64,000 bases of DNA from the NCBI GenBank assembly GCA_963666275.2, contig CAXXOA010000002.1:2208001-2272000 (forward strand), in the 5' to 3' direction. Numbering within the stretch: position 1 is the first letter of the stretch; the number at the start of each line of letters is the position of its first letter. Below are positions 21,318 through 31,699 of the stretch, one piece after another. The translations under genes and the position numbers were made by a program. Under the pieces are notes generated by a model. The model saw only the letters and a list, made by a program, of their open reading frames with translations. It did no database searches and had not been told where the DNA came from. Source of the stretch: Oceanispirochaeta sp. Its GTDB lineage: Bacteria; Spirochaetota; Spirochaetia; DSM-2461.

Positions 21318-22145
21318 ATGAAGTATGCAATGTGTTTGTCCACCAATCCGGCAAAATTCGATGCTGTTCCCTTTAAGGGGGACTTTGAAGCAAATGTCCA
21401 AAAAATTGCGAACATGGGCTTTGACGGAATCGAATTGGCTGTGAGGGATCCGAGGATTATCGATCAGGACCAGGTGTTGCATGTTCTAAAGAGTGCGGGG
21501 ATGACTGTCCCCGCTATTGGAACGGGACAGGCTTGGGGAGAAGAAGGCCTCTCTTTTACAGACCCAGATGAAAGTATCCGCAATAAAGCCATAGAACGTG
21601 TTATTTCCCATGTTGATTTTGCGGCAAAATCAGGCAGTACGATTATTATCGGTTTACTTCGTGGTATTACGCGGCCTGAAGTCACTGAACAGAAAGCGCA
21701 AGAGCAGATGAAGGACGCTTTTCAGATCTGCTGTGCAGAAGCCGCCAGGCTGGATGTGAAAATAGCATTTGAACCTATCAATCGTTATGAGACATCACTG
21801 TTGAACTCAGTAGGGGAAGGTTTGCGTTTTATCGATGGTGTAGGGGCGGATAATTTAGGGATGCTCCTTGACACCTTTCATATGAATATAGAAGAACCGT
21901 CCATTACGGATAGTATCAGGTTAGCCGGTGACAGGATGTTTCATTTTCATTATGCCGATTCGAACAGACTGTATCCTGGATGCGGGCACATAGGCTTTAA
22001 AGAAATACTTAAAGTACTGATTGATGTGGGATATCAGGGTTTTGTATCCGGTGAGCACAGACCTGACCCGGAGCCTTCTGAAGCTGCAGTAAAAGGTTTG
22101 GAGTATTTGAAGAGATTGGAGGTAGAAATCCAGGAGGGGGTATGA
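21318..22145 (+). CDS. iolO: 5-keto-L-gluconate epimerase
   Basis: FDAVPFKGD, ELAVRDP, AIGTGQA, EPINRYET and DTFHMNIEE, as recalled from T. maritima IolO. Confidence 0.8.
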   Translation: MKYAMCLSTNPAKFDAVPFKGDFEANVQKIANMGFDGIELAVRDPRIIDQDQVLHVLKSAGMTVPAIGTGQAWGEEGLSFTDPDESIRNKAIERVISHVDFAAKSGSTIIIGLLRGITRPEVTEQKAQEQMKDAFQICCAEAARLDVKIAFEPINRYETSLLNSVGEGLRFIDGVGADNLGMLLDTFHMNIEEPSITDSIRLAGDRMFHFHYADSNRLYPGCGHIGFKEILKVLIDVGYQGFVSGEHRPDPEPSEAAVKGLEYLKRLEVEIQEGV

Positions 22146-22465
22146 GAAAGAATCTTTTTCTGGCCTTTTTGTTTGTATTTGTTTGTTCCCTGATATTTTT
22201 TGAAGGTAAGAGTTTGAAGCATGGAACAACTGCTAATCCTTATGTAATAAACTATGAGATTTCAAAATCTTTATTAAAAAGATATTTAAAGAATCCGGCA
22301 TTGGAAAATAGCGAAACAGTGTCTGATCCCAGCCGTGATGCTTTAACAGGAGGGAACAGTGAAAATATAGTAGGGAACCTGAAACAGATTCAGGAATTTG
22401 ATTTTTCAGTAAATTATAGAGACTTGATTGATGCCTGGATAATATATAGTGCCCTGTCGCTGTAA
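22142..22465 (+). CDS. Hypothetical small exported or membrane protein
   Basis: ATGA overlap with iolO, GGAGG RBS and hydrophobic N-terminus; no recognised family. Confidence 0.4.
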   Translation: MRKNLFLAFLFVFVCSLIFFEGKSLKHGTTANPYVINYEISKSLLKRYLKNPALENSETVSDPSRDALTGGNSENIVGNLKQIQEFDFSVNYRDLIDAWIIYSALSL

Positions 22466-22676
22466 ATATGAAGAAATATATGAGTTGAGTCGCCTGTGGA
22501 TTCCGTTAATGAAGATTTATGAATAGGATTTTACTAAGGATGGGAAAGTATAAGAACGTTATACACCGACTGTCCGGGATTATTTCTGATCAAAATCAAT
22601 ATTACTTCTACAAACTAATATAATTGATCATACGTTATACGCAATAAATGATGATTTTAAAGTAAGGATTGAGAGT

Positions 22677-24182
22677 ATGAATACTTATATAGAAGCCTTG
22701 AAAATAGTTTCCGGATTGCCGGATGATCCGCATGTTAGTAAAGACTTCTCAGGGCTGCTGAGTGATGCCGAATTGTATGAAAAATCTCTTAGGATTAAAG
22801 ATGGGGTTATTTTCTTTTCCGTCAGGATCAAAGATAAAGATTATCTGGTTCTGAGTTCCAATAAAAATATACCCTGGAAGTTCGTAGGGGAAAAAAGTAA
22901 GTATAAAGGGGAGATTAGCTTAATCTGTGAAGAAACTGAATCGAATTGCAAGCTTTTACGAATGCTTTTTCCTGATTTAGAGCCAAAACCAGTTGGTAAG
23001 GAAGATTCTACCTTTGGTGTGGGTGATCGTCTCGGGGTTGCAACTGTCGGCCATATCAAGAGTTTTTCCCTTTATCCAAATTTCACACCCATTCTTGCCC
23101 AACAGTCACTGCGTGAACTGGAATTGACTAATAGGTCCTATCGCGATGTCGTGGATGCAGCGATATGGGGCGTGTTTAAAACAGGATACCGGGGTAAATG
23201 GGGTGCAGATGGGGATCATTTAAAGGATACTATATCGGCAAGATCCGCTTTAGAGCAGGGTTGTACTATGATAACCGTCGATTTATCCGATCATTTAGCT
23301 ATAGAAGTTTTTGGTTATGACGATAATACTATCCTGGAAAAGTACAAAACACTGGATAAGTCATACAGAGAGAGGATTGAATCGAAGTATCTTTCTACAC
23401 TGAATTATGCATCTGATTTAACTTTTAATTTTACAGAAATTAATTTGGCCAGAATTGCTCTCACATACAAAGGCGCCATTGATTTTGCCAGTATCCTATA
23501 CAAAGAGTGTGAAAAAATCCGCAAGGAATTTGATTTTGAAATTTCTGTAGATGAGACTGATTTTGTGACTTCTTTGGAGGCTCATTTCTTTGTCGCAAAT
23601 GAACTTAATGTCTTGAATGTATCTTATACCGGTTTGGCTCCACGCTATGTGGGAGAGTTTCAGAAAGGGATAGACTATATCGGTGATGTCAAAGATTTTC
23701 AGGAAGATTTTAGATGCCATGCCAAACTTGCATCTCTTATGGGACATAAAATTTCAGTTCACTCATCAAGTGATAAATTTTCTGTCTATCCTATTATAAA
23801 AGAACAGAAAGCAGGCCCCTGTCATTTGAAAACCTCCGGTACGAACTGGTTGGTCGCCCTGCAGGTTATTTCATATTCGGATAAAGGATTGTTTCGTATG
23901 TTATTTAAAAAGGCTTATGCCGTGTATGATATAGCAAAAAGTTATTACCATATTACTCCCAATTTGTTGCTTAGGACTGACATTGATAAATTAAGTGATG
24001 TTGAATTACCTGTTGTATTTTCAAATAATACTGATAGGCAGGTTTTGCATGTTTCTTACGGAGAATTAAAGAAAGATAAGGAGTTGTGGGATAAGTTTGT
24101 GAAAGTCTTAATTGGTAATCAGAAAACATATGACAATCTCTTGGCACATCATATTGGAAAGCATTTATTCTTATTAAGTTGA
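22677..24182 (+). CDS. uxaE: Tagaturonate/fructuronate epimerase
   Basis: GDRLG, AQQSLREL, GADGDHLK, DFEISVDET, GEFQKGIDY, SDKFS and HLKT motifs. Confidence 0.88.
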   Translation: MNTYIEALKIVSGLPDDPHVSKDFSGLLSDAELYEKSLRIKDGVIFFSVRIKDKDYLVLSSNKNIPWKFVGEKSKYKGEISLICEETESNCKLLRMLFPDLEPKPVGKEDSTFGVGDRLGVATVGHIKSFSLYPNFTPILAQQSLRELELTNRSYRDVVDAAIWGVFKTGYRGKWGADGDHLKDTISARSALEQGCTMITVDLSDHLAIEVFGYDDNTILEKYKTLDKSYRERIESKYLSTLNYASDLTFNFTEINLARIALTYKGAIDFASILYKECEKIRKEFDFEISVDETDFVTSLEAHFFVANELNVLNVSYTGLAPRYVGEFQKGIDYIGDVKDFQEDFRCHAKLASLMGHKISVHSSSDKFSVYPIIKEQKAGPCHLKTSGTNWLVALQVISYSDKGLFRMLFKKAYAVYDIAKSYYHITPNLLLRTDIDKLSDVELPVVFSNNTDRQVLHVSYGELKKDKELWDKFVKVLIGNQKTYDNLLAHHIGKHLFLLS

Positions 24183-24373
24183 ATACTACTTAACTCTGTT
24201 CATGGAGGATTTCATGAAGTTACAGATTAAAAAGTATTTAATAAGTTCGCAAGCATATAAAAGGACAGTAAATATGATCTTCATAATAAACTGCTGCAGT
24301 GAGCAGTAGTTTATTATGAAGATGAGCCTCTTGTTGGTATTCAGCCGTACTCTTGGCTCGGAGGCTTTTTAAC

Positions 24374-24433
24374 TTGACTTTCTAATGTATTACGATATGA
24401 TGATAATATCGTAATACCGTAATACCGTAATAT
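24374..24433 (+). promoter_or_regulatory. Promoter/operator of the second ABC operon
   Basis: TTGACT; 12-bp inverted repeat GTATTACGATAT-7-ATATCGTAATAC; three tandem CGTAATAY. Confidence 0.65.
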
Positions 24434-24493
24434 TGATAAGACGCATGAGAAATGTTGTTACAAGGGAATTTTATGAAAAAAAGGGATGGGGAC

Positions 24494-25990
24494 ATGAATA
24501 AAAGTGTTACTAGTATTCCAATTCTGGAAATGAAGAATATTACAAAGAGATTTCCAGGTGTTTTGGCTCTTTCTGATGTAAGTCTGGAAATTCTTCCGGG
24601 AGAAGTTCACATTTTGATGGGTGAGAACGGTGCAGGCAAGTCTACTCTTATGAAAGTCCTGTCCGGTGCCTATGTCTGTGAGGAAGGTGAGATTTTCTTT
24701 AATCAGAAAAAAATGGAAAAATGGTCACCATCCATATCTCAGAAAAATGGTATAGCAATGGTTTATCAGGAATTTAATTTGGTTCCTTATCGGACAGTTA
24801 TTGATAATATGTTTCTGGGACGGGAATTAAAAAAAGGTATGATATTTCTTGAAAAGAAAAAAATGGAAGAAGAAGTCATCAAACTTCTGGATTCTTTTGG
24901 GATTAATCTTGATATCCATAGTTCAGTAGCCAACCTCGGTGTGGCACAGCAGCAGATGGTTGAAATTGCAAAAGCCTTGCTTTTTGATGCAAAGATCCTT
25001 GTTCTTGATGAACCCACTGCTGCATTGACTTTAAATGAAACCAAGCAATTATTTAGAGCGATAGCGCGGTTGAAATCAAAAGGGGTCGCTATTATTTACA
25101 TCTCTCACAGGTTGGAAGAGATTAAGCAGATTGGTGATCGGGTATCTGTGCTCCGTGATGGTAAATATATAGGCACTAATATGGTAGATGATGTGGAAGT
25201 GGAGGATATCGTCCGAATGATGGTAGGCCGGGAAGTTTCCATGATGTATACCAGAAATTATTGTAAGCATGAAACAACAGCTTTAAAAGTAGAAAATCTT
25301 AATAATTCAAAACTGCAAAATATATGTTTTGAACTGAAGTACGGAGAAATCTTGGGGTTTTCCGGACTTGTAGGTGCTGGTAGAACAGAACTGGCTCGCG
25401 CTATTTTCGGCCTTGATAATCTTTTCTCAGGTGATATTTACATTGACGGTAAAAAAGTCGAGAAATGGAATGCAACAAAAGCAATTGAGAATGGTATCGG
25501 ATATGTCTCAGAGGACAGAAAAGATGAAGGCCTTTTTCTGAATCTGGGTGTTCATCACAATACAACCATATCTTCACTGCATATGATGTTTAAAAACGGT
25601 CTTATCAATCTAGGAAAAGAAAAAAAATGCACCAGTGAATTTGTTGACAAACTGAAAATCAAGACCCCGAAGGTTACTGCAAAAGTACAGAATCTGAGCG
25701 GAGGTAATCAACAAAAAGTGGTTGTGGGTAAATGGCTGAATACAGAACCGAAAATCCTGATATTTGATGAACCGACCAGAGGGATTGATATTGGTGCAAA
25801 AGTAGAAATCCATTCCCTGATGGACAAACTTGTCAATCAGGGCAATGCTGTAATAATGATTTCATCGGACCTACCCGAAGTAATGGGGATGAGTGACCGC
25901 ATTATGGTTATGGCAGATGGGACAATTAAAAAAGAGTTTTTACCTACAGCAGAACCTGAAGAATTAATCAGCTGTGCAATGGGAGAATAA
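24494..25990 (+). CDS. Sugar ABC ATPase (RbsA-like)
   Basis: GENGAGKSTL, LSGGNQQKV and DEPTRGIDIGAK motifs. Confidence 0.92.
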   Translation: MNKSVTSIPILEMKNITKRFPGVLALSDVSLEILPGEVHILMGENGAGKSTLMKVLSGAYVCEEGEIFFNQKKMEKWSPSISQKNGIAMVYQEFNLVPYRTVIDNMFLGRELKKGMIFLEKKKMEEEVIKLLDSFGINLDIHSSVANLGVAQQQMVEIAKALLFDAKILVLDEPTAALTLNETKQLFRAIARLKSKGVAIIYISHRLEEIKQIGDRVSVLRDGKYIGTNMVDDVEVEDIVRMMVGREVSMMYTRNYCKHETTALKVENLNNSKLQNICFELKYGEILGFSGLVGAGRTELARAIFGLDNLFSGDIYIDGKKVEKWNATKAIENGIGYVSEDRKDEGLFLNLGVHHNTTISSLHMMFKNGLINLGKEKKCTSEFVDKLKIKTPKVTAKVQNLSGGNQQKVVVGKWLNTEPKILIFDEPTRGIDIGAKVEIHSLMDKLVNQGNAVIMISSDLPEVMGMSDRIMVMADGTIKKEFLPTAEPEELISCAMGE

Positions 25991-25994
25991 TACG

Positions 25995-26960
25995 ATGCAA
26001 GTCAAAAAAGGAATATCAATAAAAAAAACCATAGCGTCTTTTCCTCAGATTTTTTGGGGTATCCTACTCCTGGGATTCGTGTTCTCTGTCCTTTCCGGGA
26101 ATTTTCTGACAGGAAGGAATCTTTTAAATATATTACAACAGGGCTCATTCCTGATTGTCATATGCATGGGGGTCATAATTGTTAAGATTATGGGGGGGAT
26201 AGAGCTTTCCGTTGGAGGCGTTATGTCACTGGCGGGTATGGTAATGGCCTATACTATCGTAAATTTTCAGTTTTCAATTTTTGGAGGAATCCTTGTTGCA
26301 GTTGTTGTCGGTGCTTTAGCTGGTGGTTTCAATGGAATCTTTGTTGAAAAAATGAATGTGCCATCTTTTATTGCTACCCTTGGAATGCAGTATATAGCTG
26401 TTAGTCTGGCTCTTGTCATCAATGATGGTAATGTTGTTTGGGGGTTACCAGAAGAAGTTTCCGTCATTAGTAAAAGTTCTATTTTGGGGATTCCCTTTTT
26501 AATTTTTATTACCATTTTTGCTGTTTTATTCACGTTCATAATTTTGCACTATACTGTTTTGGGGAGCTATTTTTATGCTATCGGCGGTAATGAAGAAGCC
26601 TTGAAGCTTTCGGGGAAAAAATCCTGGGTATATAAAATTATTGGATATTCCTTAAGTGGTATCTTTGCAGCAATTGCAGGAGTCATGATGACCATAAGAA
26701 TGCAGGCTGCCCAGCCTACAATTGGAATAGGAATGGAATTTGAAGCATTTTCAAGTTGTGTTTTGGGAGGGGCTATTGCTGCAGGTAAAGGAGACGCAAT
26801 AGGAGCTTTACTCGGTGGCCTTTTTATTATCGTTCTAAGAAGTGGTCTGAACAATATAGGAATTTCAACTTTCTATCAGCTGGCAATTATAGGGATGTCT
26901 ATTATTGTCTCGATAGTTATTACAATATTCCTCAATAAAAAAATGAACGGAATGGTTTAA
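25995..26960 (+). CDS. Sugar ABC permease
   Basis: Hydrophobic; GIELSVG and YAIGGNEEA motifs. Confidence 0.88.
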   Translation: MQVKKGISIKKTIASFPQIFWGILLLGFVFSVLSGNFLTGRNLLNILQQGSFLIVICMGVIIVKIMGGIELSVGGVMSLAGMVMAYTIVNFQFSIFGGILVAVVVGALAGGFNGIFVEKMNVPSFIATLGMQYIAVSLALVINDGNVVWGLPEEVSVISKSSILGIPFLIFITIFAVLFTFIILHYTVLGSYFYAIGGNEEALKLSGKKSWVYKIIGYSLSGIFAAIAGVMMTIRMQAAQPTIGIGMEFEAFSSCVLGGAIAAGKGDAIGALLGGLFIIVLRSGLNNIGISTFYQLAIIGMSIIVSIVITIFLNKKMNGMV

Positions 26961-26995
26961 GTTTTGGATTTTTAAACAAAAGAAAGAGAGATCGT

Positions 26996-27985
26996 ATGGA
27001 AAACACACTAATAAAAACAGGGAATAATGAGTCCTTGAAAACCGTGGTATTGGGGTATCTTCTGAAGTCATCAAGGGTACTGATACTACTTATTCTTATG
27101 CTGATTCTGACTATTTTATCCCCAAGTTTTGCAAATAAAACAAACTTGATAAATGTATTCAGACAAGCTGTGCCTCAAATAATTCTTGCCCTTGGTATGT
27201 CTGTTGTTCTTCTGACAGGAGGTATCGATCTCTCTATGGGATCAACGACAACTCTTGCCGCCGTAGTGGTGGCGCATGCAATGAAGAATATGCATTGTCA
27301 TTGGATGCTGAGTATTTTAATCGGCTTGGGAGTCGGTGTCCTGATCGGATTGGTCAATGGTCTACTAATTACAAAAACAGACTTACCTTCTCCGGTTGCA
27401 ACTTACGGAATGTTATGGGTAGGCAGCGGTCTTGCTTTTGCCGTAATGGGAGCTTTCCCCATTTTCGGTTTTGACGACGCATTCAGGTTCATCGGCACGG
27501 GGTACATCGGCTGGATGCCTGTGCAAGTTATTATCGTTTTAGTTTTAATTGTTATTTTTGCTTTCTTTCTCAAGTTTACAATCTTCGGAAGAAGGATTTA
27601 TGCAGTAGGGTCGAACTTCCGTGCTGCAACAGCTTCAGGTATTAAAAGCAAAATTGTACTGATAGAGGCATATTTAATAAGTGGTGCTATGGCTGCCGTT
27701 GCAGGAGTTGTTTTATTGTCAAGGCTGAATGCGGCCGATCAGAACTCGGGTGCAGCACTTTTGCTGCCTGCTATAGCAGGACCGGTTATGGGAGGTACAA
27801 GTATGAAAGGAGGTGAAGGAGGTGTTTGGGGAGCAATCGTTGGATCTTTAATTATTGTCATTATTACAAACGGGATGAATCTGCTGAAAGTGTCTTCACT
27901 ATGGCAGCAATTCATTGTCGGATTAACAGTTGTTCTGGCTGTTTGGTTGGATTCAATCCTAAAAAAGAAGTCGGAAAACCGGTAA
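26996..27985 (+). CDS. Sugar ABC permease
   Basis: Hydrophobic; GGIDLSMG and GGTSMKGGEG motifs. Confidence 0.88.
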   Translation: MENTLIKTGNNESLKTVVLGYLLKSSRVLILLILMLILTILSPSFANKTNLINVFRQAVPQIILALGMSVVLLTGGIDLSMGSTTTLAAVVVAHAMKNMHCHWMLSILIGLGVGVLIGLVNGLLITKTDLPSPVATYGMLWVGSGLAFAVMGAFPIFGFDDAFRFIGTGYIGWMPVQVIIVLVLIVIFAFFLKFTIFGRRIYAVGSNFRAATASGIKSKIVLIEAYLISGAMAAVAGVVLLSRLNAADQNSGAALLLPAIAGPVMGGTSMKGGEGGVWGAIVGSLIIVIITNGMNLLKVSSLWQQFIVGLTVVLAVWLDSILKKKSENR

Positions 27986-28021
27986 TTTGACCAGTAAATC
28001 TTATGAAATACGAGGGAAAAA

Positions 28022-28975
28022 ATGAAAAAAAGAGTTCTTGTTATGTTAACGGTGTTGTTTATTACTGGCTTTGCATTTTCAGAAGGTTCTCAGGAAAGTT
28101 CAAAATCTAAAAACTCTCTGGAGATCGCTTTTATCAACAAATCCTTTGCTAATCCTTTTTTTGAATATATGAGGCTTGCGGTTGTTGAAATGGCAGATGA
28201 AGAAGGGTTTACGCTTTCATATCTGGCTCCTACGAAGCCTTACAATCTTGAAGAACAAACAAGGCTGATGGATGATGCTATTGCCAAAGGCGTAGACGGA
28301 ATCGTACTTGTACCAGTAGATAGTTCCGGAATGGTTCCTGTAGTGGAACGGGCCAATCAGGCAGGCGTTCCGGTTGCGATTGTCAACACAAAGATAAACG
28401 GCGGTGATATTGTATCATTCTCAGCAATTGAGAACTACGATGCTATGACGGTGGTAGCAGAGGCCGTCGCCAAAGAATTAGCCGGAAAGGGAAAAGTTGT
28501 TGTCATTGAAGGAACAGCAGGAAACCAAACTGCTGCCGATAGACTAAAGGCAATTGAAGATGTTATAAGTAGAAACCCCGGAATCGAGATCCTTGCCTCT
28601 CAAACAGCTAATTTTGACAGAGCTCAGGGGATGTCTGTTATGGAAAATCTAATTCAAACCTACTCAGAAATTGACGGCGTACTATCCTGTAATGCAACAA
28701 TGGCACTGGGAGCTATAGAGGCGCTTCGTTCAGCTGGAAGACTAAATAATATTGTCATTGCCGGATTCGACATGACTGCGGATGCGGTACAAGCTATTAT
28801 GGATGGGGATATGTTCGTAACAATGGATCAGAATCCTGAAGCCCAGGCAATCAGCGGGGTTAGAGCTGTACTAAATGCTATAAAAGGGATGGAAGTTGAA
28901 AAACAGGTTAAAATAGATGGTGTTCTGATAAATGCATCAAATGTAGATGAATATAAATATGTTCTTGATAATTAA
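28022..28975 (+). CDS. Sugar ABC solute-binding protein (RbsB-like)
   Basis: Signal peptide; NPFF and QTANFDRAQGMSVMENL motifs. Confidence 0.88.
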   Translation: MKKRVLVMLTVLFITGFAFSEGSQESSKSKNSLEIAFINKSFANPFFEYMRLAVVEMADEEGFTLSYLAPTKPYNLEEQTRLMDDAIAKGVDGIVLVPVDSSGMVPVVERANQAGVPVAIVNTKINGGDIVSFSAIENYDAMTVVAEAVAKELAGKGKVVVIEGTAGNQTAADRLKAIEDVISRNPGIEILASQTANFDRAQGMSVMENLIQTYSEIDGVLSCNATMALGAIEALRSAGRLNNIVIAGFDMTADAVQAIMDGDMFVTMDQNPEAQAISGVRAVLNAIKGMEVEKQVKIDGVLINASNVDEYKYVLDN

Positions 28976-29169
28976 ATAAGTTCATTGAATTGGGATAATT
29001 TTAATAAAATATTCTGGGCTATTCTTATATGGAATGGCCCAATTTATAGATTTATGATACATATTATTATGAACGATTTCTTTTATTGGCAAGTGGTACT
29101 TATAAAAAAGAAAAGTATTTCTGGCATAGAGTCGTTTGATACTATCAGCATGGTGGAATTATTCTTAGT

Positions 29170-29928
29170 ATGACGGATTTTATTATGTCTTTCGATTTGT
29201 CGGTAGTACAATGGGTTTTTCTTTTTTTAGGTTCATTCTTAACAGGTGTTGCCCGAACAGGGATTTTCGGCGTAATGCTGTTGGTTGTGCCCTTGTTATC
29301 CTTGAAAATGCCCGGAAAGGAAGCAGCAGGACTAATTCTTCCCCTTATGGTGGCAGGTGATTTTGTAGCTGCTTATGTCTACCGGAAATCGTTTGTTAAA
29401 AAAGCGGTTTTTCAAATACTGCCGTGGCTTGTACTGGGGGTCGCAATCGGTACGATTGTCGGCGGTATTGTATCAAATGAGTTGTTTAATAATCTCATGG
29501 CAGGAATGACATTTACCTGTGCTGCATTTGTAGTATGGAATGAATACAGGAAGGGCGACCCGGTCAGACTTAAACTCTGGTTCATAATCCTGATCGGACT
29601 ATTAAGCGGATTTGCCTCAATGATTGGTAATGCCTCAGGACCGGTTATCACTGTGTATTTCATTGCATTGAATCTGAAAAAAAGGGAATATGTATCATCC
29701 GTAGTCTGGCTGTTTTGGATTGTGAATATAATCAAGCTCCCGTTCCATGTTTTTGCCTGGCATACCGTAGATTTCAATGTCCTGAAACTTGATCTCCTAT
29801 TGTGTCCGGCCCTTATCCTTGGATTAATTAGTGGGGTGTCGTTGATTCGAAAAATCCCGGAAAAACCGTTCAGGGTCGTGATTTTTATAAGTATCCTTCT
29901 TGCAGGGGGGTTGCTCTTAATCCAATAA
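29170..29928 (+). CDS. TauE/SafE-family membrane exporter
   Basis: About 250 aa, multi-TM; SMIGNASGP and NIIKLPF motifs. Confidence 0.75.
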   Translation: MTDFIMSFDLSVVQWVFLFLGSFLTGVARTGIFGVMLLVVPLLSLKMPGKEAAGLILPLMVAGDFVAAYVYRKSFVKKAVFQILPWLVLGVAIGTIVGGIVSNELFNNLMAGMTFTCAAFVVWNEYRKGDPVRLKLWFIILIGLLSGFASMIGNASGPVITVYFIALNLKKREYVSSVVWLFWIVNIIKLPFHVFAWHTVDFNVLKLDLLLCPALILGLISGVSLIRKIPEKPFRVVIFISILLAGGLLLIQ

Positions 29929-29941
29929 TAATCTAATGATT

Positions 29942-30358
29942 ATAAACAATCAAGGATCTGAAAATAAGGGGGGGGGATATTGTTTCTGATATGTCTCCTG
30001 AAAAGGTCAATAGATTTATACAAATTGCCCTCATTGATGACATCAATCAGTTTGCTGTTTTTCTCTATGACAACTTTCTTTATTCCCCGATTTCAAGACC
30101 AGTTTTATTTTCTCGACTTCCTCTTTTAACTTACTGGTAATCTCTGAAATAAGTGGTTCATCTTTGTGGTAAACCATCAGATACCACAATCCCTGGTGCT
30201 CCATAATAAACCGTAATTCGAGAATGTTTTTTAAATCTTTTTTACGCAAAAGCATGGTCCATGATAAGGCCTCTTGTGAAACATTTGAACTTTTACATAC
30301 GAAGGTTCCTTCTGGATTCCGTAATTCAATAGTCCCCAGATATTGGAATATTTTTCAT
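29942..30358 (-). pseudogene. Deleted copy of the FadR-type regulator at 19289-19999
   Basis: Segments MKNI / KIFQYLGTIELRNPEGTF..MEHQGLWYLMVY / LFRRHIRN lie in shifting frames, with two internal deletions. Confidence 0.88.
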
Positions 30359-30457
30359 ATTTTCTATCTACTTATCAATTTATTTATTTAAGATTCTAGT
30401 TGATTCTCACAGCGCAGACAAGCATACCTAGCCGTTTTCACCTTCTATAAGTTTCTC

Positions 30458-30515
30458 TTGACAACCAAATAAACCATGATACTATTGTATTATAATCATC
30501 ATATGGTCAGATGAT
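30458..30515 (+). promoter_or_regulatory. Promoter plus FadR-type operator of the third sugar operon
   Basis: TTGACA-16-TACTAT; CATCATATGGTCAGATGAT at 30497-30515. Confidence 0.75.
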
Positions 30516-30557
30516 GAGACTGATCAGTGTGGGATGGATTTATGGATAGAGGAGGAA

Positions 30558-31622
30558 ATGAGGATGAAAGCAAAAATTGCATTCCTGTATGGACCTAAAG
30601 ATCTGAGAGTAGAGGAAGTGGAGGTTCCGAAACTGCAGCCTAATCAGGTTCTTATTAAAACCGGTGCCTGTGGAATTTGCGGTTCCGATGTCGAGTGTTA
30701 CGAAGGCGAATCCGCTGAGGGCCGATATGACCTGGGACCTTATACCCCCGGGCATGAATGGGGCGGTGAAATTGTTGAAGTCGGATCAGGATTACGAAGT
30801 ACTTTAAAAATCGGGGATAAGGTTACCGGAGATTGCGTTATGGGGTGTGGCGTTTGTGCAAACTGTAAAGACGGTAGAATGCCATCGGCCTGTTTGAATT
30901 TCAGAGAGATCGGATTCCGTCCCGACTCTCCCGGAGGGATGGGTGAGTATATGGTCGTGGAAGAGCAGTATGTTCATAAGATTCCCGATCATTGGAGCTA
31001 TGCCGACGGTGCCTGGGTAGAAACCTTTTCCATCGGTTATTACGGTATATGGGGCGGAAATGGTTTTATCGACGCCAGCGATATAGCAATCATCAATGGA
31101 GCAGGTCCGGTTGGTCTTTCTGCAACCATGGTTGCTGCAACTGCAGGAGCAAAGACGATTGTTATCGATCCGTTGCCATTAAGAAGAGATACGGCAATGA
31201 AATACGGAGCCGATCTGGTCCTTGATCCAACCGCTGGTGATATTCTCGAACAGGTAATGGATGTTACCAATGGGCACGGTGGCGATGTTTGTGTGGAGGC
31301 TTCTGGCAACGACACAGCGATTGCATCTCTGTTTGATATCTCTGCCCACAGTGCCAGAGTTAGAACGATAGGACATTCTATTGGAAGAAAGGTTCCTGTT
31401 GAAATCGGTAAGACAATTTGGAAAACTCTTGGAATAGAAGGATCGGGTGGTACAAAGGATTTTGGTCAGCGTACGATCAGGTTTATGGATCGAATTTATG
31501 ATAAATACGATTTTGCAGCGCTGAATTCCCATCATTTTAATTTTTCTAAGCTTCACGAAGCGATGGATACGGCGATTCATCACAAAGCAGATGCTTTGAA
31601 AGTTATGCTGAACTTCGACTGA
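30558..31622 (+). CDS. Zn-dependent polyol/cyclitol dehydrogenase
   Basis: Shares EGESAEGRYD, MPSACLN and GHSIGRKVPVE with 10301-11359. Confidence 0.85.
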   Translation: MRMKAKIAFLYGPKDLRVEEVEVPKLQPNQVLIKTGACGICGSDVECYEGESAEGRYDLGPYTPGHEWGGEIVEVGSGLRSTLKIGDKVTGDCVMGCGVCANCKDGRMPSACLNFREIGFRPDSPGGMGEYMVVEEQYVHKIPDHWSYADGAWVETFSIGYYGIWGGNGFIDASDIAIINGAGPVGLSATMVAATAGAKTIVIDPLPLRRDTAMKYGADLVLDPTAGDILEQVMDVTNGHGGDVCVEASGNDTAIASLFDISAHSARVRTIGHSIGRKVPVEIGKTIWKTLGIEGSGGTKDFGQRTIRFMDRIYDKYDFAALNSHHFNFSKLHEAMDTAIHHKADALKVMLNFD

Positions 31623-31699
31623 TAATATATCAATTCCTAATCTGACACGGCAGGAGTTTTCCTGCTGTGTATAGTACTTCTTTTAAAACAGGAAACATT

